A DNA stretch of 64,000 nucleotides, from contig CABUBB010000008.1 in assembly GCA_902489745.1 (NCBI GenBank), forward strand, positions 15,987-79,986, given 5' to 3'. This document shows, piece by piece, positions 8,010 to 15,596 of this stretch. Origin of the DNA: an uncultured Eubacteriales bacterium. GTDB lineage: Bacteria > Bacillota > Clostridia > Oscillospirales > Ruminococcaceae. The notes under the pieces were generated by a model, which saw nothing but the letters and a program-made list of their open reading frames with translations, had not been told where the DNA came from and ran no database searches. The position numbers and the translations under genes are program-made. Each line of letters opens with the position of its first letter. Position 1 is the stretch's first letter.

Positions 8010-8504
8010 TTATTCAGCGTATTTTGCAAGGATTTCGTCAACATCATCCACCGTGAGGCGGCCGTAGACGTCGTCATTAATGGTCAAAACCGGAGCAAGA
8101 CCACAGGCGCCGATGCAGCGGCAGGCTTCCAGCGAAAATTTGCCGTCCGGCGTGCATTCGCCGTTCTGAACGCCGAGACGCTGACAAAGGCGGTTGAACA
8201 CATCGCCGGAACCCTTGACGTAGCAAGCGGTACCCAGGCAGACCGACACTTTGTATTTTCCTTTCGGGCTGAGTGAAAACTGTGAATAGAAGGTAATGAC
8301 GCCGTAAATTTCCGACATGGAAACACCAAGGCCGTCTGCAACCATCTGCTGTACTTCAACCGGCAGATAGCCGTAGATGTCCTGTGCCTTCTGGAGCACC
8401 GGCATCAATGCGCCGCCCTCACCCTTGAGCTCTTCAATGACCTTTTTGAGCTCCGCTTCCTGCTCGGGTGTTCCGGTAAACGGCAGTGTACTTGTTTTAG
8501 CCAT
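8010..8504 (-). CDS. hydC: NuoE-like [2Fe-2S] subunit of a bifurcating hydrogenase (HydC/HndA-like)
   Basis: It carries the NuoE-type motifs VCLGTACYVKG and CRCIGACGLAPV. The start was set at MAKTSTL (8504) because a GAGGAGG RBS precedes it. Confidence 0.85.
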   Translation of the reverse strand: MAKTSTLPFTGTPEQEAELKKVIEELKGEGGALMPVLQKAQDIYGYLPVEVQQMVADGLGVSMSEIYGVITFYSQFSLSPKGKYKVSVCLGTACYVKGSGDVFNRLCQRLGVQNGECTPDGKFSLEACRCIGACGLAPVLTINDDVYGRLTVDDVDEILAKYAE

Positions 8505-8606
8505 AAAATATGCCCTCCTCAAAATTTGCGATTGGTAAAAACCATTTCTCGCCAATCACCAGAACCACTCTGGTTACAATGCCTAAGTGGTCCACAGTTA
8601 CTGCTA

Positions 8607-8640
8607 ATTATATCATGTATATTTCACAAATGCTATAAAA
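8607..8640 (-). promoter_or_regulatory. Candidate extended -10 promoter of the hydC-hydA operon
   Basis: On the minus strand it reads TGATATAAT. The -35 is weak, the surrounding block is AT-rich, and the implied leader is about 95 nt. Confidence 0.4.
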
Positions 8641-8727
8641 AAAGGAAGATAATGTCGAAAATATAATTGTAAAATTTTTATTAATATTGTGAACGCAGTG
8701 GCGACTTGTTCATATTCTCCGAATTCG

Positions 8728-8755
8728 TTGAATTCCGTTCCATTCATGCTATAAT
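8728..8755 (+). promoter_or_regulatory. Promoter of the divergent DRTGG/GHKL/HydS-like cluster
   Basis: It reads TTGAAT, a 16-nt spacer, then TGCTATAAT (extended -10). It lies about 100 nt upstream of the first ATG. Confidence 0.55.
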
Positions 8756-8857
8756 AAGGGTACAGAAACCGGCGCTGCACACTGTTTCAGAGCGCGGCCG
8801 ACCGGCCCCGGAGAGCGACAAACCCGAAATGATTTGCCGGAGAAATGGAGAGTTATT

Positions 8858-9205
8858 ATGACGATTGGAGACATTCAAAAAATTCTGGACGCCAAAATCA
8901 TTTGCGGTAACGAGAACCTCGGTATTGAAATTCACACCGCATGCGGCTCCGATATGATGAGTGACGTACTTGCCTTTGTAAAGGATCAGTCCTGCCTTTT
9001 GACCGGCATGGTTAATCCACAGGTAATACGCACGGCAGACATGATGGATATGCACTGCATTATTTTTGTACGCGGCAAAAAGCCGGACGACACCATGATT
9101 GAGCTTGCAAACGAGCGCGGCATTACCCTGATGACCACCGCCCACCGGATGTTCAACGCCTGCGGCCTGCTTTGGGAAAACGGCCTGAGGGGAGGCGGCA
9201 TTTAA
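8858..9205 (+). CDS. DRTGG-domain protein (copy 1)
   Basis: About 115 aa with DRTGG-domain-like sequence (SDMMSDVLAF..LLTGMVNPQVIRTA). The start was set at MTIGD because a GGAGAG RBS precedes it. Confidence 0.6.
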   Translation: MTIGDIQKILDAKIICGNENLGIEIHTACGSDMMSDVLAFVKDQSCLLTGMVNPQVIRTADMMDMHCIIFVRGKKPDDTMIELANERGITLMTTAHRMFNACGLLWENGLRGGGI

Positions 9206-9209
9206 TCTC

Positions 9210-9644
9210 ATGAGTGAAATGAACGACGCGGTCACCCTCCGTTATGACGTAGACGGCAACGATTTTACCCGCGCGGGGGAAGCCTCTGCGAATGTCAAAA
9301 AGACGCTGCGTCAGCTTGGCATTGCGCCGGACGTCATCCGCAAAGTGGCAATCGTGCTGTATGAGGGTGAAATTAACATGGTCATTCACGCAAACGGCGG
9401 CGTGATTGACGTCACCATTGCGCCGGAAGCAATTCAAATGGTGCTCAAGGACACCGGCAAGGGCATTGCCGACATTGAGCTTGCTATGAAAGAAGGCTAT
9501 TCCACTGCACCGGAGGAGGTGCGCTCGCTCGGATTTGGCGCAGGCATGGGTCTTTCCAACATGAAAAAGTACAGCGATGAAATGCATATAGACTCCACCG
9601 TTGGGGTGGGCACCACGGTGACCATGACGGTGAAAATTGCATAG
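9210..9644 (+). CDS. RsbW/SpoIIAB-like GHKL serine-kinase / anti-sigma-type ATPase
   Basis: A 144-aa protein with the pattern EGEINMVIHA ... DTGKGIADIE ... GFGAGMGLSN, typical of small HATPase_c anti-sigma regulatory factors. Confidence 0.65.
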   Translation: MSEMNDAVTLRYDVDGNDFTRAGEASANVKKTLRQLGIAPDVIRKVAIVLYEGEINMVIHANGGVIDVTIAPEAIQMVLKDTGKGIADIELAMKEGYSTAPEEVRSLGFGAGMGLSNMKKYSDEMHIDSTVGVGTTVTMTVKIA

Positions 9645-9730
9645 CATCAGTGCGCAGAAACAATCAAGAAGCATCACATCCTTAGAACAAGCTACCACTG
9701 CAATACAATTTTTGAAAGGGGTGCTGCCAG

Positions 9731-11044
9731 GTGGAATTTTTCCATTCCGTTACTTTGGATAAAGAAAAGTGCAAAGGGTGCATCAATTGCATTAAACGCT
9801 GTCCGACCGAGGCCATTCGCGTGCGCAACAAGAAAGCGTACATCATCCCAGAGCGGTGCATCGACTGCGGCGAGTGTATCCGTGTCTGCCCGCACCATGC
9901 CAAAAAGGCAACCTGTGATTCTCTGGACATTCTGGAACAATTCAAGTACACCATTGCCCTTCCGGCGCCGGCGCTCTATGGGCAGTTCAACAATATGGAC
10001 GACATCGACATCCTGCTGCGCGCGCTTATCGACTTCGGTTTTGACGAGGTCTACGAGGTTGCGAAAGCGGCCGAGCTCGTTTCGGCTGCAACCCGCAAGC
10101 TGATGCGGGAAGGCAACCTGCCGCGGCCGGTCATCAGTTCGGCCTGCCCAGCGGTGACGCGGCTTATTCGAGTGCGTTTTCCGAACCTGATTGACCATGT
10201 GCTCCCGCTCAACGCACCAGTTGAGCTGGCGGCGAGACTGTCCAAAGAGGCAGCACATGAAAAAACCGGCATTCCCATGAAGGACATTGGTGCCATTTTC
10301 ATCTCGCCCTGTGCGGCCAAGGTAACGGCTTCCAAGATGCCGCTCGGCACCGAAAAGAGCGAAGTGTCCGGCGTTGTTTCCATTAACGATATTTATCCGA
10401 AACTGCTTTCCATTATGCATCTGCCTGTCCAAGAAGATGAATCACTTGTGCAGAGCGGCAAGATCGGCGTAGCGTGGGGTACCAGCTCCGGCGAGGCGGC
10501 TGGGCTGCTCAACGACAGCTATCTGGCGGCGGACGGGATCGAAAACGTCATCCGTGTGCTGGACGATTTGGAGGACGAACGATTCAACAATCTGGAATTT
10601 ATTGAATTAAACGCTTGCAGCGGCGGCTGTGTAGGCGGCGTGCTGACGGTGGAGAACCCGTATATTGCCAAAGCGAAGCTCAAGCGGATTGTCAAATACC
10701 TACCGGTGTCGATGAACCATATTGACAAGGTACCAGATGAGGCGGTGTGGGATTCTAAGCTGGAATACGCGCCGGTTCTGACGCTGGATTCGGATATGCA
10801 CAAGGCCTTTGAAAAGATGAACGAGCTTGAACAGATTGAATCCGAGCTTCCAGGGCTGGACTGCGGCTCCTGTGGCGCGCCATCCTGCCGGGCGCTGGCA
10901 GAGGACGTTGTGCGGGGCGTTGCCTCGCCGGACGACTGCATCTTCAAATACAAGGAGAGCATTGAAAACCTAATTCGGGATATCCACAAGATCGAAGCCT
11001 CGATTCCGCCGCCGTTCCGCACCGAGGAGGACGAGGAAAAGTAA
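9731..11044 (+). CDS. HydS-like putative sensory [FeFe]-hydrogenase homologue: 2x[4Fe-4S], an H-cluster domain and a C-terminal Cys-rich Fe-S domain
   Basis: GTG start with an AAAGGGG RBS. It has CKGCINCIKRCP and CIDCGECIRVCP motifs. The H-cluster motif equivalents are SSACP, SPCAAK and ELNACSGGCVGG. The C-terminus has LDCGSCGAPSCRALAED...DDC. Confidence 0.75.
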   Translation: MEFFHSVTLDKEKCKGCINCIKRCPTEAIRVRNKKAYIIPERCIDCGECIRVCPHHAKKATCDSLDILEQFKYTIALPAPALYGQFNNMDDIDILLRALIDFGFDEVYEVAKAAELVSAATRKLMREGNLPRPVISSACPAVTRLIRVRFPNLIDHVLPLNAPVELAARLSKEAAHEKTGIPMKDIGAIFISPCAAKVTASKMPLGTEKSEVSGVVSINDIYPKLLSIMHLPVQEDESLVQSGKIGVAWGTSSGEAAGLLNDSYLAADGIENVIRVLDDLEDERFNNLEFIELNACSGGCVGGVLTVENPYIAKAKLKRIVKYLPVSMNHIDKVPDEAVWDSKLEYAPVLTLDSDMHKAFEKMNELEQIESELPGLDCGSCGAPSCRALAEDVVRGVASPDDCIFKYKESIENLIRDIHKIEASIPPPFRTEEDEEK

Positions 11045-11326
11045 AAGAACCGATGCGGGGGCATATGATGCTTTGACGTTTCACCCGCTCCCGCGGGTGG
11101 GCAACTCCGTTTCCAAGATTAACTAAACAAATCTACAGGCAACGTCAAAGTATATGAAGGGCTGAAACTTTCGCTGTAGAAGGCGTATGAACGCGATCGG
11201 GATAAAGGAAATGCATGCTTTTACGGCCCGGTGCGATACGCCAAAACATGGTCTCCGGGATCATATAAAGTAAAACCAAAAACACTATTTGTATTATTAT
11301 CTGAAATTATACAAGGAGGCGTTCCT

Positions 11327-11662
11327 ATGACACCGATGGAACTTGCCAAAGCACTGAATTTAAAGGTTGTCAGCGCCGGGAATGGCAGCGAGCGGACGGC
11401 AGGCGGGGTATTCTGCTGTGATCTGCTCAGTATCGTAATGGGAAAAACCAAGACTGACGCGGTCTGGATTACGGTGATGAGCAACATCAATACGGTGGCG
11501 GTGGCGGTGCTTTCCGACGTGAGCTGTGTGATTGTCTCCGAGGGAATCCCGGTGGATGAGGAAATGACACGGCGGGCCGAGCAACAGGACGTCTGCCTGC
11601 TGCAAAGCGATCTGCCTTCTTTTGACCTTGGGCTTGCTATTCACAAGCTGTTAAACCCATGA
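11327..11662 (+). CDS. DRTGG-domain protein (copy 2)
   Basis: It is a paralogue-like match to the first DRTGG protein (CCDLLSIVMGK..VWITVMSNINTVAVA). An AGGAGG RBS precedes the ATG at 11327. Confidence 0.6.
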   Translation: MTPMELAKALNLKVVSAGNGSERTAGGVFCCDLLSIVMGKTKTDAVWITVMSNINTVAVAVLSDVSCVIVSEGIPVDEEMTRRAEQQDVCLLQSDLPSFDLGLAIHKLLNP

Positions 11663-12345
11663 GATACTCATACGACCTGCACATGCACTCCTGCCTTTCC
11701 CCCTGTGGGGATATGGATATGACGCCGAACAACATTGTCAACATGGCTTGCCTGCTGGGCTTGGACATCATTGCCGTGAGTGACCACAACACAGCCCGCA
11801 ATCTGCCCGCGGTTTTCGCGGTGGCAAAGGAAGCGGGGCTGACGGTGGTACCCGCGATTGAAGCGTCCAGCGCGGAGGAGGTTCATGTGCTCTGCCTGTT
11901 TGAACGGCTGGAGGATGCCCTCTCCTGTTCTGACGAATTTTATGAGCACCTGCCGCCGGTCATCAACAGGCCGGAAATTTTTGGTGAGCAGATCATCTTA
12001 AACGAAAAGGACGAACGGATTGGAACCATTGACAAGCTGCTGATTAATGCGCTGGATTTGGGTATGGACGCTCTGCTTGAAACGGTGCGCCGCCACGGCG
12101 GCCTGCCTATCCCCGCTCACGCGGACAAAAGCGCTTATTCCATCATGTCAAACCTGGGGTATATTCCAGAGGAATACGGATTTCACTGCATTGAAGTCAA
12201 AAATCCGGACATCGGTCTGCCCTTCAAAGGACGGCGCATTACCGACTCGGATGCGCACTACCTGCAAGATATTGCCGAGCCAATCCATTTTCTGGAGCTG
12301 CCGGAAAAAAGCGTGCAGGCTGTGCTGGCGTTGTTAAGCAAATAA
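11659..12345 (+). CDS. PHP-domain metal-dependent phosphoesterase
   Basis: It carries YDLHMHSCLSPCGD and AVSDHNT motifs. Its start overlaps the upstream stop in an ATGA junction. Confidence 0.75.
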   Translation: MRYSYDLHMHSCLSPCGDMDMTPNNIVNMACLLGLDIIAVSDHNTARNLPAVFAVAKEAGLTVVPAIEASSAEEVHVLCLFERLEDALSCSDEFYEHLPPVINRPEIFGEQIILNEKDERIGTIDKLLINALDLGMDALLETVRRHGGLPIPAHADKSAYSIMSNLGYIPEEYGFHCIEVKNPDIGLPFKGRRITDSDAHYLQDIAEPIHFLELPEKSVQAVLALLSK

Positions 12346-12656
12346 GCCCGGTGGAAGCACCGCGGTGCGAACCCCCTCCTGCCATAGTTGACAGAAGATG
12401 GTTTTTGACGCGTAGGGAACATGCGCCGGGAGAACTGCGCACGTATACGCCCCCTTGAGACATGCCGGGTGGCGTTTGAATAATCTTACTGGGCGATGGG
12501 CCGCCATGTGTATGGATAAAACCACAGGGGCAACTGCGGAATTGCTCTCACACGACGCGGTGCATTGCGGCGAAAAACCGCAGGAATTTTGCCGCGGGAT
12601 GATTGCTTTTTCTCTTGTGAGGGAGTAAAATAAAAGAAAAAATAGGAGACAAAACA

Positions 12657-13649
12657 ATGGATTATTTTAAGCTACATAACACAGACATCAGCATTCCGAA
12701 ACTTTCGCTGGGAACCTGGAGTTTTTCAGGCGCAAAAATCTGGGGTTCCAACGAGGAGCAGGATTCGATTAACACCATTCACGCGGCACTGGATGCTGGG
12801 GTCACCCTGTTGGACACCGCGGAAAAATATGGAGACGGCAAGAGCGAAGAAGTGCTTGGCAAGGCCATTAAGGGCCGCCGGGACAAGGCGATTATCGCCA
12901 CCAAGGTCTACACCGACTGCCTGCATTATGACGACGTCATCGCCCACTGTGAGGCGAGCCTCAAGCGAATGGATACCGATTACATTGATATTTACCAAAT
13001 CCACTGGCCGAGCCGGGAAATCCCGCACGAGGAGACCTTCCGTGCATTTGAAAAGCTCAAGCAGGAAGGGAAAATCCGGTCGGTCGGCGTCTGCAACTAT
13101 GGTCAAGGCGCACTGGACGAAGTGAAGGATTACGGCGTTGTGACAAATCAGCTTCCCTATTCGCTCATTTGGCGGCTGGTGGAGAAGGGCATTATCCAGA
13201 AAAGCGTGGAAAACAACGTGGCTGTCTGGGCGTACTGTCCGCTGGCACAAGGGTTGCTGACCGGCAAGTTTCGTTCGATTGACGATGTACCGATGGGCCG
13301 CCGCGAGACCCGTTTTTACAGCGGCAAATGGCAGCAGGGCCGCCACAACGACACCGGCTTTGAAACCGAGATTTTCACCTTTCTCGACGTGCTGGCAGAC
13401 GTCTGCGAAGAAACCGGCTTCCCGATGGCAACGCTGGCGCTCGCTTTCCTGAAAAAGGCATACGGCGTTGGCAGCATTCTGATGGGGGCGCGCAACATTG
13501 GGCAGTTCCAGCAGAATCTCGCTGCGTTTGAGGCCGAGGTGCCGGATGAGGTCGTACAGCAGATTACCGACCTTTCCGAGGGTCTGAAGGCTGCTATGGG
13601 AGACAACCCGGACTTGTGGGAAAACCGCAATGGCGGTCGGATGTATTAA
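12657..13649 (+). CDS. Aldo/keto reductase family oxidoreductase
   Basis: It has LDTAEKYGDGKSEE and IDIYQIHWP motifs, and a GGAGA RBS precedes the start. Confidence 0.85.
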   Translation: MDYFKLHNTDISIPKLSLGTWSFSGAKIWGSNEEQDSINTIHAALDAGVTLLDTAEKYGDGKSEEVLGKAIKGRRDKAIIATKVYTDCLHYDDVIAHCEASLKRMDTDYIDIYQIHWPSREIPHEETFRAFEKLKQEGKIRSVGVCNYGQGALDEVKDYGVVTNQLPYSLIWRLVEKGIIQKSVENNVAVWAYCPLAQGLLTGKFRSIDDVPMGRRETRFYSGKWQQGRHNDTGFETEIFTFLDVLADVCEETGFPMATLALAFLKKAYGVGSILMGARNIGQFQQNLAAFEAEVPDEVVQQITDLSEGLKAAMGDNPDLWENRNGGRMY

Positions 13650-13683
13650 TTCCGGTTCTTATATGTGTTTTCGAATACAACCG

Positions 13684-13719
13684 AAAAAATCCCCTGCGCC
13701 GAGGTGCAGGGGATTTTTT
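13684..13719. terminator. Bidirectional terminator between the convergent AKR and DUF2461 genes
   Basis: The sequence aaaaaatcccctgc-gccgaggt-gcaggggatttttt forms a 9-bp GC-rich stem flanked by an A-run and a T-run. Confidence 0.75.
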
Positions 13720-13843
13720 CGCCTATGCATATTTTGCCGGAGGCTGTGTTTTTCTGTATGAAAAATGGCCGTTCCCCACGCAGACAGCGCCGCTTTCTGG
13801 CAGTGGGCAGGAACTCATGCAGCCCAAAGGAGCAGGCTTCTTG

Positions 13844-14533
13844 CTACTTTTCTGCCTGTGCAAGGGTATTTGCACGGAGGAAAAACTCGTAAACCGGTTT
13901 CAGCCGCCGAAACCCTTCGGCAAGGGTATAGGAGAGTTCCTCTGAAAACAGAAGCCCCCAATCCTTGCTGTTACAGTTGACTGAAAGCCCTTTGCGTTCC
14001 AGCCACTCCCGCTCATCCGGCGGGGCGTCCGGAAAATGGGGACGTTTGTACCGTTCCCCTTCCAATGCGAACTGCGGTTGATTCTGAAGCACCTCCTGCG
14101 CGCACAGAAAGCTGCGGTCATGACTGAGCACAAGAGAACGAACCGCATCCATATAGTCGGTCGGGAGAGAATAGTAGCCACAGCCGTAGCGAAACCCCGA
14201 CGGGGAAAATTCAAAGAAAAATCCCGGCGGGCAGTAGACAATCTTTTTATCCCGCATAAAGGCGAGCCACATAACGTCTCGGTAGAGGGTTTTATCCTTG
14301 GAAAAACGGGTATCCCGGTAAATACGGGAGATGGAGCGATCGACCCGCGGTTCAACGACGAGTTTGGGATCCATTTCCCGCAGAGTAGGTGCAAGCTGTT
14401 CGACCAGCTCTGCCAACGGGGCAAGGACAAGCTCCCGATACTGCGCCTTGTGCTCCTGGTACCAGACACGGCTGTTATTGAGCCGGTTTTCAACTAGAAA
14501 ATCCAGCGTTTTGGCCGAAATTGGCATAAACAT
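13844..14533 (-). CDS. DUF2461 (TIGR02453)-family protein
   Basis: The N-terminus LDFLVENRLNNSRVWYQEHKAQYRE and the segment SRIYRDTRFSKDKTLYRD are typical of this family. An alternative start lies at 14527. Confidence 0.6.
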   Translation of the reverse strand: MFMPISAKTLDFLVENRLNNSRVWYQEHKAQYRELVLAPLAELVEQLAPTLREMDPKLVVEPRVDRSISRIYRDTRFSKDKTLYRDVMWLAFMRDKKIVYCPPGFFFEFSPSGFRYGCGYYSLPTDYMDAVRSLVLSHDRSFLCAQEVLQNQPQFALEGERYKRPHFPDAPPDEREWLERKGLSVNCNSKDWGLLFSEELSYTLAEGFRRLKPVYEFFLRANTLAQAEK

Positions 14534-14815
14534 GCCCCACTTTCATAAACGTAATTTGTTTTATCATAGCACATTGTGATGAAAAAAGGAACAGATAGGA
14601 TTGCAGCGGTATTCTGTTTTTCAGCATGGTAGAGAGACCGCTCTACCCACTGAATGGAAACTTTTCTGCCGATATCTATAATTTGCAGACGAATCATTGA
14701 ATTAGCGTCTCCAATTTATGAAACAAGAGCAAACTACTTTGACTTTTCACCTTTGACGATGGATTTCCCCATCCCGGCGCTGTATAATGAAGAAAAAACG
14801 GAAGAGGCGCATGCT

Positions 14816-15293
14816 ATGATGGAAATACAAATCCGGCGCTACCAGGAAGCAGATACAGAACCGCTTACAGCGCTGATTCGGCAAAACCTGCTGGCGGTGA
14901 ACATCCGGGACTATCCGGCTGCGGAACTGGAAGCGCTGGCCAACGCATATCATACTGAGCGGCTCCGGCAGATTGCCGCTTCCACGCATTTTTATGTTGC
15001 CTGCGTGGCGGGGCGCCCTGTGGGATGCGGCGCAGTTGCACCCGGATGGAAACCCGGCACCTGCTGGGTACAAACGGTATTTGTTCATCCCAAGCATCAT
15101 GGAGACGGCATTGGACGGCGTATTATGGAGGCGTTGGAACAGGATCCGCTGGCGGTGGAAGCTGACCGGATGGAACTGGGGGGCGTCAAAAACCGCGCAT
15201 GGGTTCTATTTGGCCCTAGGGTATACCGATCTTTCCGGTCAACCGGATCAACACGGGCTGTACCAGATGGGAAAGCGGTTAGGTGGATTGTAA
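14816..15293 (+). pseudogene. GNAT N-acetyltransferase interrupted by a +1 frameshift in a G6 run
   Basis: The N-terminal two-thirds, in the frame of ORF 14654.., read MMEIQIRRYQEAD...VFVHPKHHGDGIGRRIM. The C-terminal GNAT end, in the frame of ORF 14973..15293, reads ASKTAHGFYLALGYTD. The frames switch at GGGGGG 15178-15183. Confidence 0.7.
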
Positions 15294-15545
15294 AAAACGT
15301 CAGTGGCCTTTGCGCTATCCATATGACCGGTAAATCCATAAAAAAATTGTGGAAAATACCAAAGGCGGAGAGCGGCCTTGTTTTACCACGGTCAGAAGAG
15401 GGTTTGATCGTTTTTGAAATGAGCCAGCAAAACCGTCGGACATCTGACAAAATGAGGGGAACACTTTTTAAAACCAAACCGCCAAACCAAAACAGTTTTG
15501 ACGAAACCTACAAAAAAGAAAGCTGTAGTTTGAGCACTTTTGGAA

Positions 15546-15574
15546 TTGTGTTTTTCAAAAGTGTTTGCTATTAT
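15546..15574 (+). promoter_or_regulatory. Candidate promoter of the GH39-ADH pair, overlapped by an inverted repeat
   Basis: It reads TTGTGT, a 17-nt spacer, then TATTAT. The inverted repeat CACTTTTG (15535-15542) / CAAAAGTG (15556-15563) brackets the -35. Confidence 0.4.
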
Positions 15575-15596
15575 AACTGTGAGGAGTTGACGAACC

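Noticed and set aside
8580-8700. A Rex (redox-sensing repressor) operator in the divergent hydrogenase promoter region. Half-sites TTCACAA at 8625-8631 and TTGTGAA at 8687-8693, plus TTGTAAA-N4-TTATTAA, were examined.
   Set aside because: No full TTGTGAA-N4-TTCACAA dyad is present. The half-sites are about 55 nt apart, and the third candidate is a poor palindrome in a very AT-rich stretch. This is not supportable without a PWM scan.
12346-12656. A 310-nt gap upstream of the aldo/keto reductase, with several GC hairpins (gcaccgcggtgc, ctgcgg..ccgcag) and a 20-aa ORF. It was considered as a riboswitch or leader peptide.
   Set aside because: There is no recognisable riboswitch core, no convincing promoter/terminator pair, and the mini-ORF has a weak RBS. 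The evidence is too weak to report.
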